From Acidimicrobiales bacterium (GTDB lineage Bacteria > Actinomycetota > Acidimicrobiia > Acidimicrobiales > CATQHL01), in assembly GCA_965209115.1 (NCBI GenBank), contig CBDBQD010000001.1:1122071-1186070 (forward strand): 64,000 bases of DNA. The letters run 5' to 3'. The notes below the pieces were generated by a model that was not told the origin of the DNA, made no database searches, and was given only the letters and a program-made list of their open reading frames with translations. The stretch's first letter is position 1; the number at the start of each line of letters is the position of its first letter. The position numbers and the translations under genes are program-made. This document shows positions 41,365 through 49,969 of this stretch, piece by piece.

Positions 41365-43125
41365 CTACCAGCCGCTGATCCAGCCCTCCAAGAGGCCGCG
41401 AGGCTCGGTTTCCTCCTCGCCGGGGCGGTGCCGCAGCACGTCGAAATCGGCTCCGGCGTCGGCCTGCAGCACATGGTCCAGGTAGATGCTGCCGTAGCCA
41501 CGGCGATAGGGGCGATCGGGGAGCGGGCGCTGCGCGAGGCGCCGGCTGATCTCCTGCGGTGCCACGCACAGGTCGAGCCGCCGGGCGCCCACGTCGAGGA
41601 GGATCTCATCGCCGTCGTTCACGGCTCCCAGCGGTCCCCCGACGGCGCTCTCGGGGGCGGTGTGCAGCACGACGGTTCCGTAGCCCGTACCGCTCATGCG
41701 TGCGTCTGAGATGCGCACCATGTCGGCTACCCCCTGCGCCAGCAGCTTGCGAGGGATGGGCAGCATCCCCCACTCGGGCATGCCGGGCGCCCCCTTCGGA
41801 CCGGCGCCACGCAGCACGAGCACGGTGTCGGCCACCACCGGCAGGTCGGGATCGTCGATGCGGTCCAGGAGATCGTCGATGCCCTCGAACACCAGAGCCG
41901 GCCCCCGATGCCGGAGCAGGCCTTCGGTGGCGGCGCTCACCTTGATGACCGCGCCGTCAGGGGCGAGCGAGCCGCGCAGCACCGCCAGCCCACCTGCCGG
42001 CTGCAGCGGCGCGTCCAGTGGGCGGAGCACGTCCCGATCCCAGACCTCGGCGCTCGCGATGTTCTCCCCCATGGTCCGACCCGTCACTGTGCGAGCGTCG
42101 AGGTGAAGCAGGGGCGCCAACTCGCCGAGCAGCGCGGTGACGCCACCCGCCCGCTGCAGGTCCTCGAACAGGTACTCGCCCGCCGGCTGGATGTTGGTGA
42201 GCACGGGGGTGCGGGCGGCGATCCGGTCGAACCGGTCCAGCGGCAGATCCACGCCGAGGCGTCCCGCCAGGGCGATGAGGTGCAGCACGGCGTTCGTGGA
42301 TCCCGCGACCGCCGCCAGAGCCGTCACGGCGTTCTCGAGAGCCTCGAGTGTGAGGATGTCGGCGGGTCGCAGTCCCTCCTTCGCGATCTCGACGGCACGG
42401 CGCCCGGTCTCCTCGGCGAGAGCACCCCGGCGGGCATCGGTGGCGGGGACGGCCGCTGAGCCGGGGAGAGACATGCCGAGCGCCTCGGTGAGGGTGGCCA
42501 TGGTGGAGGCGGTGCCCATCTCGCTGCAGTGGCCGACGCCGGGGCGCGTGGCGGCCTCCAACTCGGCGTACTCGCCGGCTGACATGCGCCCCGCCCGCAG
42601 GTCGTCGGTGTAGCGCCAGATGTCGGTGCCGGCCCCGATGCGCCGCCCCCGGAAGTTGCCCGGCTGCATGGGGCCGCCGGTCAGTGCGATGGCAGGTACG
42701 CCGGCGCTGGCGGCGCCCATGAGTTGCGCCGGGACGGTCTTGTCGCAGCCTCCCACCAGCACCACCGCGTCGAGCGGGCTGGAGCGGATCATCTCCTCGA
42801 TGTCCATCGACATGAGGTTGCGATACAGCATCGTGGTGGGCTTCGTCAGCATCTCGCTGAGCGAGATCGTGGGGAACTCCAGTGCCAGCCCGCCCGCGGC
42901 CTGCACGCCGCGCTTGACCGCCGCCACGAGCGTGTCGAAATGGAGGTTGCAGTTCACCAACTCGGAGTGCGAGTTGGCGATACCGATCACCGGTCGGCCC
43001 GAGACGGCGACGTCCGAGAGTCCTTCTGATCGGAGCGCCGTGCGGTGCAGGAAGCCGAAGAGATCCTTCGGCGCGAACCATCGGCTGCTGCGCAGCATCA
43101 CCGGCGCTTCCCGGCTGGCGGTCAT
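41365..43125 (-). CDS. IlvD/Edd family dehydratase (dihydroxy-acid or sugar-acid dehydratase)
   Basis: VLVGGCDKTVPAQLMGA and the N-terminal LRSSRWF... pattern. 586 aa. Confidence 0.9.
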   Translation of the reverse strand: MTASREAPVMLRSSRWFAPKDLFGFLHRTALRSEGLSDVAVSGRPVIGIANSHSELVNCNLHFDTLVAAVKRGVQAAGGLALEFPTISLSEMLTKPTTMLYRNLMSMDIEEMIRSSPLDAVVLVGGCDKTVPAQLMGAASAGVPAIALTGGPMQPGNFRGRRIGAGTDIWRYTDDLRAGRMSAGEYAELEAATRPGVGHCSEMGTASTMATLTEALGMSLPGSAAVPATDARRGALAEETGRRAVEIAKEGLRPADILTLEALENAVTALAAVAGSTNAVLHLIALAGRLGVDLPLDRFDRIAARTPVLTNIQPAGEYLFEDLQRAGGVTALLGELAPLLHLDARTVTGRTMGENIASAEVWDRDVLRPLDAPLQPAGGLAVLRGSLAPDGAVIKVSAATEGLLRHRGPALVFEGIDDLLDRIDDPDLPVVADTVLVLRGAGPKGAPGMPEWGMLPIPRKLLAQGVADMVRISDARMSGTGYGTVVLHTAPESAVGGPLGAVNDGDEILLDVGARRLDLCVAPQEISRRLAQRPLPDRPYRRGYGSIYLDHVLQADAGADFDVLRHRPGEEETEPRGLLEGWISGW

Positions 43126-43203
43126 CGGACGCTCACGCTAGAACATTCGGGTCACGGGGGATCGCTGTCCGTCTCTCCGGGATCGGCGGAGGAGGTTCGG
43201 AGC

Positions 43204-43983
43204 GTGTCGGAGGACCCGATCGGCAGGCTTGCCGGCAAGATCAGCATCGTCACCGGTGCCGGGCGCGGCATCGGTCACGCCATCGCCACGCGGTTCGGCG
43301 CCGAGGGGGCGATCGTGGTGGCCGCCAATCGCAACGAGCGCGAGGGTGAGGCCGTCGTGGCCGAGATCGCCGCCGCCGGGGGCGAAGCCGTGTTCGTGCG
43401 CACCGACATCCGTTGCCTCGAGGACTGCGAGCGGCTGGTGGCGGAGACCGAAGCCCGTTTCGGACGCATCGACGTGCTCTGCAACAACGCGGGGGTGGGG
43501 ATCCTGCGGTCGGTCGAGGACACGTCGCTCGACGAGTACGACTACATCATGGACACGAACGTGCGGGGGGCCTTCTGGCTGACCAAGCACGCCGTCGGGG
43601 GCATGGCTGGGCGGGGGTCGGGCTCGATCATCAATCTGGCCTCGGTGGCCAGCTTCGTGGGCTTCGAGAACGACGCCGCCTACTGCGCCTCGAAGGGCGC
43701 GCTCCTGATGCTCACGCGCCAGGTGGCGCTGGAGTACGCGGCGGCTGGGGTGCGCGTGAACGCCATCTGCCCCGGCTTCATCGAGACGCCGGAGATGCAC
43801 CACTACTGCGAGCAGCAGCCCGACCCGGAGGCGGCCCTCGCCGCCTGCCACGCCGCCCATCCCATGGGCAGGGTCGGCCAACCCCACGAGGTCGCCGCTG
43901 CCGCCGTGTTCCTGGCCGCCGACGAGTCCTCCTTCGTGACCGGCGCCTCGCTCGTGGTCGACGGCGGTCTGCTGATCCGCTAG
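43204..43983 (+). CDS. SDR family oxidoreductase
   Basis: GTG start with GGAGGAGG upstream. VTGAGRGIGHA, and YCASKGAL. Confidence 0.85.
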   Translation: MSEDPIGRLAGKISIVTGAGRGIGHAIATRFGAEGAIVVAANRNEREGEAVVAEIAAAGGEAVFVRTDIRCLEDCERLVAETEARFGRIDVLCNNAGVGILRSVEDTSLDEYDYIMDTNVRGAFWLTKHAVGGMAGRGSGSIINLASVASFVGFENDAAYCASKGALLMLTRQVALEYAAAGVRVNAICPGFIETPEMHHYCEQQPDPEAALAACHAAHPMGRVGQPHEVAAAAVFLAADESSFVTGASLVVDGGLLIR

Positions 43984-44187
43984 GCACCCTCGATCGCCCG
44001 AGTCCGGCGGCCCTGATCTGTCGGCCTGCCTCTCGAACGGGTCGCTCAGCGGCGGGCGGTGCGGTCGACGCGACCTGCTGCAGGAGCAGGTCCAGCAGCC
44101 AAGGTCCGCTCCCCTTGAGGGGACTACAGTGAGCGCACCCATCGAGGTCGATCACCGATCTCGGCCGTCTGTTCTCGAGGGGGGAAC

Positions 44188-45765
44188 ATGAGACGAAAAC
44201 TGTCCCTGCTAGTCGCGTTGCTTGCCGTATTCGGTCTAGTGGCGGCCGCCTGTGGAGCCGATGACGACGATTCCGCAGCAGCGCCGCCACCGCCGCCGGC
44301 AGCAGAACCGGAGGCGCCGCCTCCGCCGCCCGCAGACGAACCACCGCCGCCTCCACCGGCTGACGAGCCGCCTCCGCCGCCTCCACCCGCGGACGACATG
44401 GACGAGGACATGGGCGAGGACACGCCCGCCACGCGGGCCATCGCCGGCATCAAGGCGCTGAACCTGCCGCCGGACACCACGATCACGGTGTTCACCGAGG
44501 ACCTGTCGATCCTGGGACCGGAGGTCACCAAGGACGCCTTCGAGGCCCAGTCCGGCATCAAGCTGGACATCCAGAAGGCGCCGTTCGGGGAGTACGCGTC
44601 CAAGATCCTCGCCGACGCAGCCACCCAGGCCGGCACGTTCGATGTCGTCCTCGTCGAGACGAACCGGCTCGGCGACCTGGACAACGCCGGCTACCTGGTC
44701 GACGTGACCGAATGGGTGGAGAAGTACGACCCGGACATCGAGGACTTCATCTTCCCGATCAGCCACACCGCCTCGCAGTACAACGGGCGCTACGTGGGTC
44801 TGCCCACCGACGGCGACGTGTTCATCTTCTACTACCGCAAGGACCTGCTGGAGGATCCCGCCGAGCAGGCGGCCTTCCAGGAGCAGTACGGCCGTGAGCT
44901 GACCGTGCCGGTGAGTTACGACGAGTACATGGAGGTGCTGGAGTTCTTCACCCGTCCCGAGGACAACCTGTACGGCGCCGCCGAGTGGCGCATCACCGCC
45001 GTCAACTACTGGTGGTTCTGGCAGCGACTCTGGTCAGGTGGAGGCACCTACTTCAACGACGACATGTCGGCCACCGTCAACAGCCCGGCAGGCGTGCAGG
45101 CGCTCGAGGACATGATCGCCATGGAAGCCGTCATGTCGCCCGACGCCCTCAGCTACGGCTACGTGGAGACGGTGGAGGCCATGACCAGCGGCACTGCCTT
45201 CTCCAACATCACCTGGCCGGCGGCGGGCAAGAACGCCAACGACCCGGAGACCTCCTCCACCGTCGGCGCCTGGGGCTACGCCACCGTGCCCGGTTATGTC
45301 GTGAATGGAGAGGTCAACCAGAGGTCCATGTCGGCGCCCGGCTACACGATCCTCGTGTCGAACTACGCCGACGTCAACAAGGAGGCCGCCTACCTCTACA
45401 CGCAGTGGTTCACCAGCCCGGAGAACCTCATCCAGGCCAACCAGAACCTGGGTGGCAACACGGACGTGGTGCGCGCCTCCATCTTCGCCGACCCGTCGAT
45501 GGCAGAACTCTTCCCGGGCGCGGATGAGTACCTGGACGCCCAGAAGGCGAATCTGGCCCAGGCCGTTCCCGACCCGGTGCTGCCCGGCTACGGCGAGTAC
45601 GCCCAGGCGCTCGAGATCGAGCTCTCCAACGCCCTCACCGGCCAGAAGTCGCCCCAGGAGGCCCTGGACGACGCCGCCGAGGCGTGGGACGAGATCACCG
45701 ACAGCTACGGGCGCGAGGAGCAACTGCAGGTCTGGCAGAACTTCCTGGCTTCGATCGCCGGCTAG
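44188..45765 (+). CDS. Sugar-type ABC substrate-binding lipoprotein (family 1)
   Basis: Lipobox LVAAAC followed by a Pro-rich acidic tether (PPPPPADEPPPPPPADEPPPPPPPADD), then an SBP body. It heads the permease genes. Confidence 0.85.
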   Translation: MRRKLSLLVALLAVFGLVAAACGADDDDSAAAPPPPPAAEPEAPPPPPADEPPPPPPADEPPPPPPPADDMDEDMGEDTPATRAIAGIKALNLPPDTTITVFTEDLSILGPEVTKDAFEAQSGIKLDIQKAPFGEYASKILADAATQAGTFDVVLVETNRLGDLDNAGYLVDVTEWVEKYDPDIEDFIFPISHTASQYNGRYVGLPTDGDVFIFYYRKDLLEDPAEQAAFQEQYGRELTVPVSYDEYMEVLEFFTRPEDNLYGAAEWRITAVNYWWFWQRLWSGGGTYFNDDMSATVNSPAGVQALEDMIAMEAVMSPDALSYGYVETVEAMTSGTAFSNITWPAAGKNANDPETSSTVGAWGYATVPGYVVNGEVNQRSMSAPGYTILVSNYADVNKEAAYLYTQWFTSPENLIQANQNLGGNTDVVRASIFADPSMAELFPGADEYLDAQKANLAQAVPDPVLPGYGEYAQALEIELSNALTGQKSPQEALDDAAEAWDEITDSYGREEQLQVWQNFLASIAG

Positions 45766-45900
45766 GCCATCGAACCGGGATCCGCTGCTCCAGCGGCGCC
45801 GGCTGACGCAGCCGCACCCCCGGGCCCTGCGGGGCTCGGGGGTCGGCGCGCCCGGCGCCGCAGCCGGGCCCTGCGGCGGCCGCGCAGCCGCTGGCTCTTC

Positions 45901-46740
45901 GTGGCGCCGGCGGTGCTGCTCCTGCTGGGGCTCACCGCCTACCCCTTCGGGTACGCCGTCTACATCAGCCTGCACACCTGGAAGGTCACGCGCCCCGCGC
46001 GACCTTTCATCGGCTTCGACAACTTCCGGGAGTTGCTCTTCGACGACGAGCGGTTCATCAACTCCATCGAGCAGACGCTGATCATCGCCTCCTCGGCGCT
46101 CGTGCTGGAGTTCCTGTTCGGCCTGGTCATGGCGCTGCTGTTCTGGACGGCCTACCAGCGGGTCCGCTGGGTGGCCACCGGGATCCTGGTCCCCATGATG
46201 ATCGCCCCGGTGGTGGTGGGCTTCACCGCCCGCATGGCGTTCAACAACAGCTTCGGGTTCCTGAACCAGATCCTGAGCCTGCTGTGGCCGGGCGACGTCA
46301 ACATCCAATGGCTCAGCGCCCCGACGCTGGCGCCCGTCGTGATCATCCTCGCCGACACCTGGCAGTGGGGCCCGTTCATGTTCCTGATCCTGCTGGCCGG
46401 GCTGCTCGCCACCGAGGGCGACCAACTCGAGGCGGCGGTGGTGGACGGCGCCAGGGGGTTCCGGCTCTTCTGGCACGTGGTGCTGCCGTCGATCAAGCCG
46501 ATCCTCCTGATCGCCCTCGTGTTGCGCGGGCTGGACCTGCTGCGGACCTTCGACCTGGTGGCGCTGGCGACGCGTGGCGGACCGGGCATCAATTCCGAGA
46601 CGATCACGTATTACATCTACAACCTCTCCTTCAAGTTCTTCGACCTCGGTAAGGGCGCGGCGGCCGCGCTGCTGATGCTCGGCGGGCTCAGCATCGTGGT
46701 GTTCTTCGCCGTGCGCTCGGTCGTGAGGGCTGCCCGATGA
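45901..46740 (+). CDS. Sugar ABC transporter permease (MalF/UgpA-like), start uncertain
   Basis: EAA loop LEAAVVDGARGFRLFWHVVLPSI. The frame is open upstream (RSRWLF) but contains no canonical start before GTG 45901. Confidence 0.85.
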   Translation: MAPAVLLLLGLTAYPFGYAVYISLHTWKVTRPARPFIGFDNFRELLFDDERFINSIEQTLIIASSALVLEFLFGLVMALLFWTAYQRVRWVATGILVPMMIAPVVVGFTARMAFNNSFGFLNQILSLLWPGDVNIQWLSAPTLAPVVIILADTWQWGPFMFLILLAGLLATEGDQLEAAVVDGARGFRLFWHVVLPSIKPILLIALVLRGLDLLRTFDLVALATRGGPGINSETITYYIYNLSFKFFDLGKGAAAALLMLGGLSIVVFFAVRSVVRAAR

Positions 46741-47591
46741 GCCGGGTCCGCACCCGCCGCTCGCCGCTGCGCCGCGCCGGCACCAACACCGGCCTCACCG
46801 CCGCGCTGCTGCTGGCGCTGTTGCTGGCGCTGCTTCCGGTCGTGTGGGTGGTGCTCACGTCGTTCAAGCCGGAGGCGGAGTGGGTATCCGACCCGCCGGT
46901 CTGGATACCCGGCGATTGGACGACCGCCAGCTATTCGCAGATGTGGACCGCCGACGACGGCGCCGGCGCGCTGTGGAACAGCCTCATCATCGTGGGAATC
47001 GCCACGGTGGCGGCCGTGACGATCGGTTCGCTGGCGGCCTACAGCTTCTCGCGTTTCCGCACGGGCGGGCGCCACATCGTGACGTGGATCCTGTCGATCA
47101 AGTTCCTGCCACCGGTGGTGTTCGCCGTGCCGCTGCTGATCATGTTCACCGACGTCGGGCTGTACGACTCGTACCGGGGCCTGATCCTGCTGTACACGGC
47201 ATTCCAGTTGCCGTTCGTGGTGTGGTTGATGAAGGGGTTCTTCGACGAGATCCCCCTGGAGATCGAGGAATCGGCGCGCGTGGACGGCTGCTCGTGGTTC
47301 TCGATCTTCACGCGGTTCGCGCTTCCACTGAGCGCGCCCGGACTGGCCGCCACCACGCTGCTGACGTTCATCTTCGGTTGGAGCGAGTATTTCGTGCCGC
47401 TGGTGTTCGCCAGCCACGAGCACTTCACGGTTCCCGTGCAACTGTCGGCCTACTTCAGCGAGGCCGTGGGCCTGGAATGGGGGCCACAGGCCGCCCTCAG
47501 CGTCGTGGGGGTGCTGCCGGTCGTGCTGCTGGCGCTGGTGATCCAGAAGTACCTGATCCGTGGTATGACCTTCGGCGCGGTGAAGGGATAG
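46737..47591 (+). CDS. Sugar ABC transporter permease (MalG/UgpE-like)
   Basis: ATGA overlap with the previous gene. EAA loop IEESARVDGCSWFSIFTRFALPL. Confidence 0.9.
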   Translation: MSRVRTRRSPLRRAGTNTGLTAALLLALLLALLPVVWVVLTSFKPEAEWVSDPPVWIPGDWTTASYSQMWTADDGAGALWNSLIIVGIATVAAVTIGSLAAYSFSRFRTGGRHIVTWILSIKFLPPVVFAVPLLIMFTDVGLYDSYRGLILLYTAFQLPFVVWLMKGFFDEIPLEIEESARVDGCSWFSIFTRFALPLSAPGLAATTLLTFIFGWSEYFVPLVFASHEHFTVPVQLSAYFSEAVGLEWGPQAALSVVGVLPVVLLALVIQKYLIRGMTFGAVKG

Positions 47592-47645
47592 GCGGAACCG
47601 TCCGAGGCAGGACGACTGGGCATCGAAGACGGGAGACGGTCACGA

Positions 47646-47861
47646 ATGGCGATACAGGTCAAGCAGGAGTTCCCCCACTGCGAGCGGTGCGGGATCATGA
47701 TCCACGACCGTCAGCGGCGCATCGAAGCCGACGGCGGCGGGCGCGATCCGCTGGTCTACTGCTCGGAGATCTGCCGCGACGAGTACGTCGAGATGAACGG
47801 CCTGGCCGACAGGGGCAGCTGGGTGACCGGCGCCGGCGCCGGCATCGGCCGGAGGAGGTGA
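47646..47861 (+). CDS. 71-aa Cys4 protein with TRASH/zinc-ribbon-like spacing (C-x2-C-x23-C-x3-C)
   Basis: GGGAGA upstream of the ATG and high GC3. HCERCG...LVYCSEICRDEY. It ends 7 bp before the hydantoinase A start. Confidence 0.55.
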   Translation: MAIQVKQEFPHCERCGIMIHDRQRRIEADGGGRDPLVYCSEICRDEYVEMNGLADRGSWVTGAGAGIGRRR

Positions 47862-47868
47862 CGCAGCG

Positions 47869-49908
47869 GTGGCTGTTCGCATGGGAATCGACATAGGCGG
47901 GACGTTCACCGACCTGGCGCTGTTCGACGAGGAGTCGGGTCACGTACGGGTCACCAAGGCGGCCAGCACCCCGGGAGAACCCCACCGGGCCGTGAACGAC
48001 GTCATCGGCCGAGCCGCGATCGACAACGGCACGATCCGCGACCTGGTGCACGGCACCACCGTGGCGACCAACGCGCTGCTGGAGCGCAAGCACCAGCTGC
48101 CGGGCTTGATCACCACGCGGGGTTTCAGCGACATGGTGTTCATCCAGCGCATGAACCGCAAGCACCACTACGACCTGCAGTGGGACAAACCCATCCCGTT
48201 CGCGGAGCGGCGGCACTGCCTCGAGGTGGACGAGCGCTGCAACTACAAGGGGGAGATCATCGAGCCCCTGGACGAGGAGGGCGCGCGGGAGGCGGCCCGG
48301 CGGTTGCGCGGCGAGGGGCTCTCGGACATCGCCGTCTGCTTCCTGTTCTCCTACGTGAACCCCGCCAACGAGTTGCGCATGCGGGAGATCATCGCCGAGG
48401 AGTACCCGGGTGCGCGGGTCTCGCTGAGCCACGAGGTGTATCCCCGCTGGCGGGAGTACGACCGGATGAGCACGACGCTCGCCGACGCCTTCCTGAAGAC
48501 CCTCGTCGGCGAGTACATCGAGGACGTGGCCTCCGGCCTGGCGCCAATCGGCGTGGACGCCAACTTCCTGATGATGAAGTCCAACGGCGGTCTCGTGGAT
48601 CACAGGGCGGCGTCGGCCAAGCCGGTGGACCTGCTGGTGTCGGGGCCGGTCGGCGGCGTGCTGAGCGCTCTGTACTTCGGGAGCCTCGTGGGGCGGGAGA
48701 ACCTCATCTCGATGGACATGGGGGGCACCAGCTTCGACGTGAGCCTCATCGAAGGAGGCGAGGCCAACCGCACCGCCGAGTTCGAGATCGAATGGGGGCT
48801 CCCGGTGTACGCGCCGATGGTGGACGTGCGCACCATCGGGGCGGGCGGCGGCTCGGTGGCCTGGATCGACAAGGGCGGCCTGCTGCGGGTGGGGCCGCGC
48901 TCGGCGGGCGCCAACCCCGGACCGGCCTGCTACCGGCGCGGCGGCACCGAGGCCACCGTCACCGACGCCAACGTGGCGCTGGGACGCATCAACCCCGACA
49001 GCTTCTTCGGAGGCGAGATGCAGTTGGACGCGGCGGCGGCGCGCGCCGCCCTCGGAAGGCTGGGCGACGAACTGGACATGACGCCCGAGGAGGTGGCCAC
49101 GGCGGTGGTGGATCTCGTGGACTTCAACATGGTCAACGCCATCCGGCTGGTGTCCATCGACCGGGGCCTGGACCCGCGGGACTTCACGCTCGTCTCCTTC
49201 GGGGGCGCCTGCTCGCTGCACGCCAACGCCCTGGCCCGGATCATCGGGGCGCGCGATGTCCTCGTGCCGGTCTACCAGGGGGTGTTCTCGGCCTTCGGTC
49301 TGATGACGGCCGACATGCGGGTGGACGAGTCGGTGACCACCAGCTTCCGCTCGGATCTGGTGGACTTCGAGCGCGCCACCGGGTTGGTGCAGCGCCTGCG
49401 CGACACGGCGCTGCAGCGGATCGCCACCGAGGGTTACACCGGCACGCCGGTGCTGGAGCCGACGGTGGAGATGCGCTACAGCGGCCAGAACTACGGCACC
49501 TCGGTCCTGCTGTCCCTGGCCGACTGGGCCTTCGGTCCGGAGAACCTCGCCGAGACGATCGACCGGTTCGAGTCCGAGCACCGCCGGCTGTACGGCTACG
49601 ACATCCCCGGCGAGATCGTGGAGTTGGTGCTGTTCACCATGACAGCGGTCGGGGTGAACGAGAACCCCGGCCTGGCCCCGCTCTCGCCCGGCGGGTCCGC
49701 CGCGCCGATCGACGAGCGGCCGGTCTACTTCAGCGAGGCCGGCTGGGTGCCGACGAAGATCTACCGCCGCGAGCAGTTGCCGCCGGACGCCGAGTTGGTC
49801 GGGCCCGCCGTCATCGAGGAGGCCATGTCCACCACCCTCGTGCATCCCGGCGAGCGGGTGGACGTCGACGACTACGGCAACCTGTTGATCCACGTGGCGC
49901 CGGCCTGA
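47869..49908 (+). CDS. Hydantoinase/oxoprolinase family protein, A-type (HyuA-like)
   Basis: N-terminal MGIDIGGTFTD and a second ATPase-fold motif DMGGTSFDV. 679 aa. Confidence 0.9.
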   Translation: MAVRMGIDIGGTFTDLALFDEESGHVRVTKAASTPGEPHRAVNDVIGRAAIDNGTIRDLVHGTTVATNALLERKHQLPGLITTRGFSDMVFIQRMNRKHHYDLQWDKPIPFAERRHCLEVDERCNYKGEIIEPLDEEGAREAARRLRGEGLSDIAVCFLFSYVNPANELRMREIIAEEYPGARVSLSHEVYPRWREYDRMSTTLADAFLKTLVGEYIEDVASGLAPIGVDANFLMMKSNGGLVDHRAASAKPVDLLVSGPVGGVLSALYFGSLVGRENLISMDMGGTSFDVSLIEGGEANRTAEFEIEWGLPVYAPMVDVRTIGAGGGSVAWIDKGGLLRVGPRSAGANPGPACYRRGGTEATVTDANVALGRINPDSFFGGEMQLDAAAARAALGRLGDELDMTPEEVATAVVDLVDFNMVNAIRLVSIDRGLDPRDFTLVSFGGACSLHANALARIIGARDVLVPVYQGVFSAFGLMTADMRVDESVTTSFRSDLVDFERATGLVQRLRDTALQRIATEGYTGTPVLEPTVEMRYSGQNYGTSVLLSLADWAFGPENLAETIDRFESEHRRLYGYDIPGEIVELVLFTMTAVGVNENPGLAPLSPGGSAAPIDERPVYFSEAGWVPTKIYRREQLPPDAELVGPAVIEEAMSTTLVHPGERVDVDDYGNLLIHVAPA

Positions 49909-49969
49909 GCCCGCGCGACCGAGACATCCCGAACAATCACAACGAGACGACACGACCTAGGAGCCAACC

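Noticed and set aside
40797-41609. The 270-aa version of the mosaic ORF, and its possible annotation as an intact ferredoxin reductase or GST.
   Set aside because: The first 85 codons overlap the 3' end of the IlvD/Edd gene in another frame and look non-coding. Each recognisable segment is only 25-55 residues long and lacks the domain cores.
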